Shown here: piece after piece, positions 42,608 through 57,829 of the stretch
Position numbering within the stretch: the stretch's first letter is position 1
Layout of the letters: each line of letters begins with the position of its first letter
Assembly (NCBI GenBank): GCA_963693365.1
Contig: CAVNZM010000012.1
Coordinates: 6,646,889 to 6,710,888, forward strand
From: Amoebidium appalachense
Lineage: Eukaryota > Protista > Ichthyosporea
Reading direction: 5' to 3'
DNA: 64,000 nucleotides
Translations under genes and position numbers: made by a program
The notes under the pieces: model-generated
Databases searched by the model: none
What the model saw: the letters and a program-made list of their open reading frames with translations, nothing else
Told to the model about the DNA's origin: nothing

Positions 42608-42638
<31 letters not shown>

Positions 42639-42784
42639 GCGCGGGGGGGAAGAGGGAGGGGGGGGAGGGGGCATCATGATCAGGGATAACAGGGTGTGTG
42701 TGTGTGTGCGCTTGTGTGTGCATGTGCTGTGTGTGTTGTGTAGGTGTGCGCCTGTGTGTGTGTGCGTGCCTGTGTGTGCGCGCC

Positions 42785-42816
<32 letters not shown>

Positions 42817-42842
42817 GTGCATGTGTGAGTGTGTGTGCGTGC

Positions 42843-42888
<46 letters not shown>

Positions 42889-43230
42889 TTTCAAAGAAGT
42901 CGAAAGCGCCAGTGACACCCATGTTGAAAAAAAGACAAGCAAGCACGCTAAGAAGGACAGCAAGAAGTAACAGAAACCCTTTCATGCCGAAAAAATGGTC
43001 AAGAACAAAGAAGTGGAGGACACGTAACTATAGTCTGATAGTTGTGACTAAGGGCACTAAGGGTAGCGCTAAGGGCACCAAGCTGATGCACGCGCGCGCG
43101 CGAGCCGAAATCTATTTTTATCTTTTTCCTAATCAGGCGCGGCGAATAGTGATTGGCTAAATCCCAATCCGGTTTGCAATTTTTTCTCCATTTAAGCCTG
43201 TACGCACGTTGTTTTCTCCATTTCTCTTCC

Positions 43231-43350
43231 CCCTTCCCGCAGGTCCGCAGGTCCTTTCCCGCAGGTCGCCTGGTCGCAGGTCCCTTCCCGCAGGTCGCCT
43301 GGTCGCAGTTCCCTTCCCGCAGCGCCTGGTCACAGATCCCCTCCGCAGAT
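43231..43350. repeat. About 29-bp tandem repeat (CCCTTCCCGCAGGTCGCCTGGTCGCAGGT)
   Basis: About 4 degenerate copies. Confidence 0.7.
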
Positions 43351-43904
43351 CGCGCAGCCACCGCGCTGATTGTTTTGGACCATGCTGCATGCTGCAGCTT
43401 CTTCTTGAAGGTTAGTTTTGTGTTGCCTGCTTTTGTGCATATGGCGTTTGTCTGTCTGGTCTGTGTCCGTCCTGTGATTATGTCTGTGTCTGTGTGTGTG
43501 TGTGTGTGTGTGTATGTGTGTGTGCGTGCGTGCGTGTGCGTGTGTCTGCTGGCTGCAGATGCACGTTGCCTTTCACGTTCATGAACCAGCGACTGTGGGC
43601 ACTACTTTTGCTGTTAGCACTATAGCTATCGTCCCCTCCACCGATCGTTCAAGCTATTTTCTGCTTCTCTAGACTTCATAAGTTCTGGTCCGGGTTTCCG
43701 TCCTTACTATGTTTGAGGTTGGTTCTGTCGACTCTTTTTTTGCCACTCTCAGTCAGCCCCCTCAGTCCCCCCCCCCCCCCCCCCCCCCCCTCCCCCCACT
43801 TCTCGCAAGTAGGATGAGCTAATTCTTAGCTCGAGTTCCTTTACAGGTTTTGGCAAGGTTGGCCCATGAAGTCATCAGCAGCTATAAGGCTACGTTATCA
43901 TCTA

Positions 43905-44243
43905 GAGGTGGGTACCGGCTCTTTGTCCTATGGCTGCTGTTGTTTCCGTTTTTCGTTTCATAGGTGGGTACCGGCTCTTTGTCCTGTTAAGGTAAATAAA
44001 GTATGGAGGCAAGACCCTGTGGGTCTGGGGCTCTTTGTCCTATGGCTGCTGTTGTTTCCGTGTTTCGTTTCTGTGTTGCTCTTATAGCACATGAATGATC
44101 ATGTGCATGTTTAGCACCCATAGGTGGGTACCGGCTCTTTGTCCTGTTAAGGTAAATAAAGTATGGAGGCAAGACCCTGTGGGTCTGGGGCTCTTTGTCC
44201 TATGGCTGCTGTTGTTTCCGTGTTTCGTTTCTGTGTTGCTCTT
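43905..44243. repeat. Local direct duplication (about 125 bp twice, plus a shorter partial copy)
   Basis: CATAGGTGGGTACCGGCTC...GTTGCTCTT at about 43959-44083 and 44119-44243. Confidence 0.8.
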
Positions 44244-45629
44244 GGGGTGGTATATTAGTTGTGTTGTTTACTTGTGTGCTTGATGCCACTATCCAACCGA
44301 AGTTAATAAAGTGACCATACGGAACACGTATGGATGTCGACATGTGCAATACATTGGCAATTCATTGATAATGATCATGGGGCTGTGCTTACCGTACCGT
44401 GTGCATATTGCCAATATATTGAGCATGTGATTGAGGTATCAATAAAGCTATTATTAATACATTGGCAATGTTCGTCATATGTATTATTCTTAGATATAAG
44501 ACGTTACTCCGATATGCCTTTCATATTATAAGCGCACTTATACTGTACTTTGCATGCATTCGTTCCCATTATCAATTTATTGGCAATGTATTTGGATAAT
44601 ATAGTGTGATATTTATAATATATATGTAATGCATTATCAACACTTATATCTTTATGGTGGTGGTATCATTCGTATGTTGGCAATATATGCTTGATATGGA
44701 ACATACTTACATATTTCTTATTTGTAATGTGTTGGGAGTGTATTAATCATACCTCTGTTTATGTCATCAATATACTCACGATATATAAGCAACCTATCGG
44801 CGATACCGCATTTATATATTGATTATAGTTGGATCATATGTTGGCAATACATTGTTTATATGTTTCTTGATATTTAAATCTTTGTATTTCTATGAATTAC
44901 ATATTGGCAATACATTAATAATGCGTTCATAGTGCAACTACAATGCGAAAATACAGTATTATCCATATCATTATCTGTATTTTTGATATTATTTGGTTGT
45001 TATTGTAATATCGCCCGGGTATAATTGATATTGGCAATACGTCTATAATGCTAGCGCAATAGTAATGCAATGGCAATGTAATGGCACTCTAATGTATTGG
45101 CGATATTGATGTAACATATACTGGATAATATATTCATATCAGCGGGATATCGACAATAGAGGGTATTGGTACTGTATTACCATTGACAATACCAAAGCAA
45201 TATTATTGCAATATGGCGTTCCTATTGGCGGCAAGGGGTTCTATTGCCAATATCGCCAATAGCGCCAATAGCAAAAAATACGTTGGCAATACTTCCGGGA
45301 AGTTTGCTGATGGGGGCACGCAGCTGTACAGCTATCTTGAGGCCCCGGACTTGATCTTGATGATCTGTGGACCCGGGCCACACCCCCCCCCCCCCCCCCC
45401 GATCTCGATCGTAGACTTAGGCTAATCTGCTGAGACGGATTAGTATATGTCAACTCCCCCCCGGCCCCCGGAAAAGCTGAGTCCCACCTCAGTCACATTA
45501 CATCTAACACCCCCTAAAAAGACATAGACTAATCAGTCTCCTGAAAAAAAATTAAATTAAATAAATTACGAAGAAAAATAATAAATTAATCTACACCATA
45601 AGCTTGATACCACGGAGAAAAATAATAAA

Positions 45630-48600
45630 TTAATCTACACCATAAGCTTGATACCTACGGAGACACATATGATAATAAATTAAATTCCTACGACTACGTT
45701 CACACTCCTCCTCGGTCTCCCCCCCCCCCCCCCCCCCCCCCGTGTGTCTACGTGTATTTGCATCACTCCCCCCCCCCGGCCCCCTCCCCCCACCGACTTT
45801 TTCACACCACGATTAAACTGAGGAATAACTCTCTTTGGCCGAGAGGGAGCACTAGGCAACTCCCTCTGCACTAATCTAGCCTCATAAGCACGAATAGAAA
45901 ACGGGCAATCCAAATGAAACTCAGGCAACCACTGATCTTCCTGATAACCTCCCTCAAAACGAATTAAATAATAATTTACCTTACCTTCCTTACCTTCGAT
46001 AACCTTTTTATCCATAATTTTATCTACTGCAGCCTCCGATACATCCACCGACCCGTCATAGTCGGGGGTGAATGCATCTAACACTCGACGGCCCGGGCCC
46101 TCCGGCCGTTTAACCCTAAGGGCCCTATCATAATATTCCTTTATATCATCTACATTATAGAATCTAACATCACTCTCATTATCTAACCTCTGCACCTTAT
46201 ATTCCGTCGGACCTAACCTAGCCACTATTTTATACGGACCGATAAAAAGAGGCAACCATTTCTTACCATACTTACGAAGACCTTCACCCTCACCCTTACC
46301 TTCCTGCTCCTGCTTATATCTCTTTTTCCTAGTATGATCCCTAATTAAAACTAAAGTACCCTCGGCAAATTCACGTAACGGACGTGTGGACACGTCTGTA
46401 CGTGCCTGTGCCTGCTGTGTACGGGCCAGAGCTGCATCACGTGCAGCCCGGGCCCCGGGTTAGTAGCTGCTCCCGGAACTCAGTCCAGTGGGGATAAGTT
46501 AGTCGGTCAGCCCCCCCCATCGGCAAAAGTGCCGTATCTAACAAACTAATAGCCTCCTGCCCATAGACCAAATAAAACGGAGAAAAACCAGTCACAGCAT
46601 GAGGGGTAGAATTATACGAATGAGCAATAAACCTAGACATATGATCCCAATCATTAGCCTCCACATCCACCATTTTGCCAAAGGACTTCTGAAACACTGC
46701 ATGCACACGTTCAGAGATGGCATTTGCTTGAGGGTGATATGCAGACGTAGTGATATGAGCTACCCTTAAAATTTTACAAACCTCCGACACCAACTGATTT
46801 AAAAACACACGACTCCTATCCGTTAACAAAACACGAGGACAACCAAACCTAAGACAAATTTCATCCACAAAAATACGAGCAAACAAAACGGCATTAGCAG
46901 TGGGGAGAGGAAAAACTTCAACCCAACGAGTGGCCACATCGGTGACGGTAACAATAACAGTGTTACCCTCAACCGTAGAATTAAAAAGACCGACCTGTCC
47001 ACATCCACTGCTACCCTTTCAAACATACGAACATTAAAATCCCTAATAAACGACGGGCGGGAACGAGAGTGGGGACTCTCATTCCTTTCCTGACAATGCA
47101 TGCATGACAACACATAATCCCTCACCTCCCTACTCATACCCGGCCAAAAATACGAACGATTAACACGAAGCAACGTCCTATTTACACCTAAATGACCAGC
47201 CATGGGATGCTCATGCACCATATGCAAAACCTCAGGCACAAGTGCCGTCGGGACCCAAACTCGGTGTCCGTCTGGCCCAGAACAATGATAAACTAAATCC
47301 TGCTCTACCTGACACATTTTTGCTAACTTAGCTACCTTAATCATCTGCCTTTTATTTTTAAATTTAATCGAATCAACCGGCCCCTTTAAATAATTCTTAA
47401 CCAGACCAATCAACACATCTTCCTCCTGAGCTAAGATCAAAGCCGTAGGTGCTAAGGCAGGGGCCGAGCCATGAGACTCGGTCCCGACCTCAGACACTGA
47501 CAAATACCTCCCCCCCCCTCTCCTACACTTATAAGCAAGCAACCCCGGAACCCAAGAAGACACATCCACAGACACAGCATCTATTCCTTTCTGCTCACTC
47601 TCCCCCCCCCTTCCCCCCCTCCCCCCCCCGTCTCTCACTATCCCCCCCCTCCCCCTCCTTCTCTTCTTCAAACAAAATATAAGCAGCACGAGAGAGAGCA
47701 TCACAGTCAACCATTGTTTCACCCTTGGCATAAAACAATTTATAGGAGAACTCACCGAGAGCCGCGGCCCACTTCTGCATCCTCTCGTTGACCAGACGAG
47801 TGGTGCCGGCCATGGCTAGGCAGGGCTTGTGGTCGGTGTAGACCTCAAACGTCCTGCCTGCGAGTATATACCTCCATGCCTGTGAGACTGCCCAAAAGAT
47901 AGCATGGGACTCTCTCTCCGGATTGCTATATCTACGTTCACTTTTACTAAATGAACGACTAGCATAAGCAATCACTCTATCCTGCCCCTCCTGCACTTGA
48001 TATAACACGGCCCCCTCAGCAACCTTACTTGCATCACACCGAACTTTAAACATCCCCCCCCCGGCCGAAAAATCAGGATGAACAAGCATACTCGAAGACT
48101 GCAAAGCTAACTTAAGCTTTTCGAAAGCAGAAACAGCATCAACATTCCAATCTATTCTATTCTTCTTCTCCCCCCCCGTCTGACTAGTTAACGGCAAAGC
48201 AAGCATACTATAATCCTTAATATAACGACGAAGATAATTAGTTAAACCTAAAAATTGCCTTAGTTGAGTGACAGTCTGAGGACGGGGCCACTCAACTATG
48301 GCCCGGATTTTCTCCGGATCAGGGATTACTAGACACAATATGACCTAAAAACTTAACCTCCGGCACACCAATCACAGTCTTGCTACCGCTAATACGAAGA
48401 CCAGACTCACCCAAAGCTAAAAATACTTTTTCACAATTATTAACTAACTCCTCAAATGACCTACCTTTAATTAAAACATCATCCAAATAAGGGTGGCATA
48501 CATCCAAATGAGGGTGGAGAATTTTATACATTACCCGGCACAACATGGCTGGAGAGGAGAGCAAACCCATCGGCACCACCTTGTACTGGAACAGCTGGTC

Positions 48601-50935
48601 ACCCAGTGCAAAGGCAGTCTTCTCCTTGCTGCTCTCCTCCAACCTTATCTGCCAAAAAGCTGCTTTTAAATCAAGTTTAGCAAAGTGAGTATAGCCGTGC
48701 AGCTGTGAAAGCTGCTCGTCTATGTTAGGGAGAGGCCATTGGTCTGCCTTAGTGATCCGATTCAGAGCCCTGTAATCGTTCACTAGACGCCAAGACCCGT
48801 CGGGCTTCTTAACCAATAGCACCGGACTTCTCCACGGACTCGAACTATGCTCCACATGACCCTTTTTTAACATATCACTCACTATTATTAGCGCATCCGA
48901 CAATTTATACTGCTCCATTCTATAGCTAGGCATCACTACCGGCCTATTATCACCTTTGTCGATCTGCATTTCAAACCCTTTAACGAAGCCTACTTCGTTA
49001 TCATCGGCCAGAAATGCAAACCGAGTCCTATCAAATAACTTACTCTAGCGATTTTTTTCTGTTCTACCGTCCAATCCCCCTCCTTCATACCAAACGGCAA
49101 TACTAACTCCGGGTTACCCCCATCACAAGTGGATGCATCCTTATTCACCGGAGTGCCACTTAACATTTCACCTCCTGTATTACATCGGTGCTGCTCGGGG
49201 TGAGGTTGAGGTACCTCCGGATATAGGCGGTCACCCTTAGCACCCCCCCCCCCCCCCGGCACACCAATGCCCCGGGGCAATTCCTGATGAGTTAGTGCAT
49301 GTATGTGGGGGGCCAGGTCTGTGGCCACCCTGCCCCCCACGGTGTTGGTTAACCCGTCAGATCCACGGGTTAGACCAACACCCTCCCCCCCTGCCTGCAC
49401 ATTCTCACACCCGGGGTGACCCTCCTTCCTCTTGGGGGTCGGGGGAGTGGGACCGGTGCTGTCCCGGTCCCCCCCCCCATCGTGTCGGGTGACATTTTGG
49501 TGGCTAACGTTAAATAAAGTTGTTCCCCCTCCTCCTGAGTCACCCTTCGAGCCGGCATCCTCCTTTTGGGTAATAAGAGAGACCTCTATACTACCAATCT
49601 CATTAGTGAAACTACCGACGGAAACACCTGACCTAATCACTATAGGCTCGACGCCCGGATTCACTAATTCTATTTCTATTGTCTTATCCGGCCATACCCT
49701 ACTAAGGGTCCATTGAGCCACCTCCTGAAATGGGGTTTTCGGAGTAAAAACCCCTAAATCCCCTATCCTAACATGATTGCCGGCCCGGACACGTACCGTT
49801 TGGCACTGATAAGGCTCGATTACTACTTCAGCTACCGTTCTAGCACCAGACTGATAACCGTCGAGCCCATCATGGGTTTTAATTTTAACGCCGGACTGCA
49901 ATTCTAATTTAAAAACATTCGTAAGTTCAAACAAAGCATTCACATGTCTACGGAAAAATGGGGCTCCCAACAAAACACTTTGAGCTAAATCCTTAACCAC
50001 ATAACAAGCAATATGCATAGCCTGGCCACCTATCTCACACGGCAACACACAAACACCTTCCACAGACATACTACTATTATTAGCACTACCTAAGGCTGTG
50101 CTAGAAGCATCTAAAATAGGAATTTCCCCCCCGGCCTGATTAAAACGACGAATAAACGAAGCATGCACACAATTAACCTGAGCCCCTCCATCGAGCAAAG
50201 CAACAGCCTTCAACTTACCATCAGCTAACCATACGTCTATATAATGCCGGCTAAAACCAACTAAATCCTCCTCCAATTCAAGCAACACATCATCACTCAC
50301 ACCCAATCCCTGCCCACGAAGACTCACACCCTCGATACCGACGTGCAACATACCTACCTGTGGTGCCTGCACGGGTGGGGTGGGGTGGGTATGTGATGTG
50401 GGTGGTGGTGGAGTGTGTGTGTGTGGTGTGTGGGTGGGTGGTGTGTGTGTGTTTGGTGTATGTGTGGGTGTGTGTGTGGGTGTAGGTGTGTCTGCAACCG
50501 TCGTATGTTGTTGTGGTGGTGTGTTTCTACGTGTCTGTGCCTTCCCCCCCCTTCCCCCTTTACTCGTGTGTGTCCCCCCCCTCCCGGAAACAATGGCACA
50601 GAAACCCCCTCCGGTGTGGTTAGAATAAACACCGGGTTGGGACAAGAAACACTGAGACCATCCACTTGTGGCTGGGGAACCTCCCCCAACCACAAAACAT
50701 TCACACCATTCATACCTTTGGTAGAGTCACCCCACAAACATTCATGCCACACCACCTCGACGCTGTCTTGAGGACCCACGACGATGCCCGGCTCCCACAC
50801 GTATCGGGGCGGTGAGGGGGCAAAGGGAAGCTTAACCTGGGGTGGGGGAGGGTGAAGGTTCTCTGCAACCTGGGGGGGACCGATACTGTCCCCCCCCCCT
50901 CCCTCAGTGACCCCAGCTTCCCCCTCCCCCGGAAC
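45630..50935 (-). pseudogene. pol: Gypsy pol copy 2 (protease, RT, RNase H, integrase, chromodomain) with several frameshifts
   Basis: Protease VALLDGGAQVNCV...VLLGAPF; the remaining domains are nearly identical to copy 1 and split over ORFs 48990-50693, 48319-48969, 47595-48338, 46823-47755, 46437-46937 and 45680-46393. Confidence 0.92.
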
Positions 50936-52061
50936 TCAATAGCTCTTGTAACTACGGCAATATGCAGCAGAGTGCCCTTGCCGGCCACAAAAGTAACATG
51001 CCCCAAAGAAGGGGCCAGGGGGGACTTCAAAACCTTGGCGCAAAGCATAACCGGGAGCCCGGTCATGCTGGGGGGGCCCACCGTGTGCACCACGGCCCCC
51101 CCTTCCCCCCTGCCCCCCTCGGCCTCTCTCACCACCATTTCCACCCCTCCCTCTACCCTGCCCACCACCACGAGCAAGATAAGGGGCAAACCTCTCGGTG
51201 AACTGCTGCTGTTGTCCTCCACGTCCACCTCGGCCCAGACCGCCGTGTCCACCCCGGTCGCCGCCACGGCCACCCCGGAAGCCGAAGCCCCCTCGGCCAG
51301 AAAAGACGGCCTGGGAGAGCTCGGCAACCTGCTTGACCAACATGGTGAGTGCATCTGGCTGTTCACCCTCTTTTTTCTCTTTTTCCCCCTTCTGTCCACT
51401 CTCCTTCTTTTTCTTGTCTACTTCCATCACCTCCTTTTTATCCCTCTTATTGAACTTCACCTCGTGCATGGCAAGCAAGTGACGTTTAACATGCAACACC
51501 ACCTCATCTACATCATCATGCTCCCCAAACATGCGTGCAGTGTCTGTGTTTACAGAGAGAGCCTTACGAGCAAACTCGAATTTTTCCCTATCACTCACGT
51601 CACCAGCTAACTCACAAAGGTCTTCAAAGACCCGATATTCCCTCTCAAAGAATGCACGAGCTCCTACGGGGGACATATCTAAAGTGGTCAAAGGTATACT
51701 TCCATTCTCTGAGCTGGGCCCGGAAGGTACGGCGCCGGTCGGCCGTCAGGTATCGGCCGACGAGCCGGGCCGTATACTCGAGCTCGTTTTCCGGCCGTGT
51801 GAAGGCCTCGAGCTCCCCGTCCACGTCGTCGGTGCTGTTCTCGTCCTCGTCGTCGGGGATGAACCGTGCGGCCAGACGTTTCTGGCCGAGCGTCCGGGAC
51901 ACCATCTCGTCCCTCCCCTCGTCGTACTGCTGCTCGTATATACGAGCCGTCACCTGGGGGGCCTGCTCGGCCCGGTACGGGTGCTCCTCCATCAGGGTGC
52001 ATAGGTCGGCCATTGTCTTGTGGTCGATGCACTGCTTGATCATTAAGCACGAGGCCGCCAC
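50936..52061 (-). pseudogene. gag: Gypsy gag with RGG-rich region and CCHC knuckle
   Basis: CYFCGRQGHSAAYC and RGG repeats; 1-nt frameshift in a homopolymer near 51670. It may extend upstream to the ATG at 52879. Confidence 0.85.
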
Positions 52062-52917
52062 AGTGGGGGCCTTCTTTGTGTCTAATACTAGTGTGGGTGT
52101 GTTAGTGTCATGTGCTGAGCTGATTCGTATTAGTTTGCTTCTATGTTTTGTGTTTTGGTGAGTGAATTTCGGGGGTTTTCTTGCGTAGTGATGCCGGGGT
52201 CTAAGTGGGGTATGAGGAGATTAATCAGTGGTATGGGGAGAACCTGATGCGGCGGCGGCTGATTGTTAAAGGTGCGCGCGTGCATGCACAATGCCTCTGC
52301 GTACTCTCCATGTTAAATGTTGTATTGCTTCTTGCTGTGTGCGTGGCGAGACCCATGTTGCCTGCTCGCGTGTGTGTATGCTTATATGTATTGTGAGTAA
52401 ACGTGTGTACGTGTTGTAGTGCTGTAGGGGTGTCTGAGGTCGGGTAGCCAATGGTGTGGAGTCGTGTAGTCTGTGGGGGAGGGAGTGTTGTGATTGGCTG
52501 AATGTCACTGTGGTATTTGTCTGGCCAGTGGGCCGCGTGTCTGTGAAGTGTCTCGCGGGGTCGGGGCTTTTGGAAGTTCTTCTAAGAACACAAAAAACTC
52601 GCTTCCCACCCAACTCAAAGAAAAGTTTATACGTATACACGGTTTCGAGCCCCTTTAAGCGTGCAGATAGTTAGAGTAGTTTGTATACACTCTGTTTGTA
52701 GCACGACAGTTAGCTAGGAGTGTCCTAAGCCACCTAGGTATTTCCGAGTCGTGTTTGAGTGTAAAACTGAAAGCTGTGGTCTGTCTAACGTCTAGTGTAT
52801 GAACCTGTGGGACCTGTGTGTGCAGGGAGCTATCCTCCGCTGCCAATGCGTAGAACATGTCTACGTTAAACTTAGCCATTGTGTAGTGTGTGCCCGAACT
52901 CGTTTGGTTGTGTTTAT

Positions 52918-52949
<32 letters not shown>

Positions 52950-53038
52950 CTGTGTGTTTGAGGTGTAGCAACAGCCCAGAAGGAACTGTCACCGCGTTAC
53001 CCTAGCGCGAAAAACCGCACTAAAAGAAAGGTGTAGCT

Positions 53039-53756
53039 TGTCGTATCCTAATGTATGTGTACTAGAGACGCGGCACTCTACTAAGTGTACACACACGAAA
53101 AGGAACGAACGTGTACAGAAAAACGGTAAAGTTTATTCAGACCAGGCTCCGACGGGCAAACTTAGATCCGTACGGAATGAGTCTAAGTTACGACTGAGGC
53201 CATCAAGGCCGTGCCCTCAAAGATCATCATCACCTGGCCCCCTACGATGCCACATTCCAAACATTCCGATCTACTTTTATCGTGCGCCTGCACGAGCTAA
53301 GTCGATCTACTCAACTAATATATTTATCCATGTCTCACCCCTCACCCTCCCCCTAGTGGCACCGCAGAGTCTAAATCTACATTTCATACTATCCTCCCCC
53401 CCCCTCCCTCCCCCCCTTTCCTCTACATTTAAATATATAAATACGTTTGGCAACATACACTATCTAACCTTGCCAATACTTGCAAAAGGGCTTCTGCCCG
53501 AACAATCACATTCCTAAGTCCTCCTACGATCTATCCTACACACTAATTAGAATTCTATTGGACGGCTGTCCCAGCTGACGTGGTCCAATGCCCTGCGCCG
53601 GCAGAGGCAAGATGCACGCAGCTGTACAGCTATCTTGAGGCCCCGGACTTGATCTTGATGATCTGTGGACCCGGGCCACCCCCCCCCCCCCCCCCCCCCC
53701 CCCCGATCTCGATCGTAGACTTAGGCTAATCTGCTGAGACGGATTAGTATATGTCA
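53039..53756 (-). repeat. 5' LTR of gypsy copy 2 (718 bp)
   Basis: TG...CA termini; near-identical to 26601-27318. Confidence 0.93.
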
Positions 53757-54122
53757 TTGATGACAGCTTATGGCATTTTTAACATTACTAACCAACAATG
53801 ACAATATGTTCTCAGTGGACACTGCAATTGTGAATTTGTGTAAAAAGCTTTCAATGACCACATACATGACAAAATGTAGTCCATGTCACCGGTTGGACAT
53901 GGCCAGCCACACACAAACTACAATAAACATGGCGATATCTACGGAGTGAAACTGGCCAATTTTGCAGCTTAAGTTTTGGATGTTGTCAGAAAAATAATCC
54001 GGGCATATACAAGGAGTCGCTGGTTGATGCAGCTTTGGGCGGACACAGGTACTCCCCCTGGTCAATGCACGCGCGAAAGAGACGGGGAGAGGGAAGAAAG
54101 CCCCGGTGAGTCGGGGAGGAGG
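53757..54122 (+). repeat. Left arm of a 365-bp inverted repeat containing the IS607 left end
   Basis: Reverse complement of 61115-61480; 53764-54057 matches 22188-22476 inverted. Confidence 0.9.
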
Positions 54123-54136
54123 AGGGGGGGACGGAT

Positions 54137-56344
<2,208 letters not shown>

Positions 56345-56406
56345 CTGTGGGGGTTTAAAATCAACGCTTGTCGCTTGTATTGTGAGGAAAAACAAGGAAA
56401 AAACAA

Positions 56407-56446
<40 letters not shown>

Positions 56447-56853
56447 CTCAACAGATATTATGGTTTTTGTGCGGCTAGAAAACACAAAAACATCGCACAC
56501 ACAGACTTTGAGGTGCAAGGAAGGCATATGATGCTATATGGTGCTGTATTGTGCGGAACAACAAAGGGAAAATAAAAAGAGTGGGCTGATGAAGTCATGG
56601 GGTTTACGCTGTTTACTCGAGGCAAAGAGAAACCAGTCTCAGGTATGGGGGGGGGGGTTTGCTCGGAATATCCCCTCAGAGGTATATCGTGATCACGTAC
56701 ATAGATGTCGGGTGATGACTATATATCAGGGTTTACTTTCTCTACGAGACACCATAAAGACTACAGAAGAAATCAATTAGCTGGGGTTCCCCGCTTTTTT
56801 TTTTTTTTTTAAGGGGCTCCCCTGGGACACTCGGTATCAGCTGGTTGTGTGCC

Positions 56854-56886
<33 letters not shown>

Positions 56887-57829
56887 CGCGTGCGCTATAA
56901 TTATGTAGTGATGTGTTTCTCAAGCCAATCAATACATCTAATAAACAGGTCATAGTTACGCGTGTTTAGTATAAAATCAAGGATGTTGTAATTTACAGGT
57001 AGGCTATCTTTCTGGGTGTCTGTTGTGAATGTGACGTGTGTGTGTTGCGGTATTATGTGGTCTATCAAACTACATTTGGCGATACATGACCGGTTAAACT
57101 GGTGTGTGTGTGTTGTTTGGGCATGCAAATGATGCCACCTTATACTTATTAGATCTCCACTGTATAGCACGTGTACAGTAAAAGCGTGGTAATTGATCAA
57201 TAATACCATCAGCTAGAGAAAGACCAGTTCTACAGGAAGGTAATATGTATTTAGGTGTTATACATTTGCGAGTGCCATATTTGGCATTATGGTTGAGGCG
57301 GTCAGTATGTATAAAACGAGACATATGATAAGGCTTAGTTTTTCAAGGTGTATGCTTTCATCGGGTCTAGTGTCGTGTGGTATCTTTTTCCATTTGTTAT
57401 ATTGCGTGATTATCTTGTGATTGTGTACATGTTTAATAAGTAAGTGGCAGTCCAAAGTCACACACACACTATTGCGGGGTCTATTTGTATTTGTGCCCAG
57501 GGGAGAAGGGGAGAGAGAGGGGAGGAAAGAGGGGAGAGGTGAGGAGGGGACAGGTCATCAAAGCATTGGTATAGACATGAGTGTGGAGGTGGAAGTTTGC
57601 ATAGGAAAACAACAAAGGACAAAGGCACGTGGACTAACGATAACAAGCCTGTGTGCTAGGGAAGAGGAGGGGGGAGGCCCTGGGGGGCTTATGAAGTTAC
57701 GGAAGCATTAGCGTACACGTGAGTGTGGAGGTGGATCGAAGCACAACAAAACAATGAAAAACAAAGGCACGTGGGCTAACGATAACAAGCCTGTGTGCTA
57801 GGGAAGAGGAGTGGGGGGGGAGCTTACAG

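Larger units (their letters stand above)
45316..53756 (-). mobile_element. Ty3/gypsy chromovirus copy 2, near full length
   Basis: 5' LTR 53039-53756, gag, PR-RT-RH-IN-chromodomain, PPT, and a 3' LTR remnant 45316-45452 cut by the TIR element. Confidence 0.93.

Noticed and set aside
45572-45655. Short tandem duplication at the end of pol copy 2
   Set aside because: A local slippage duplication absent from copy 1, with no functional signal.
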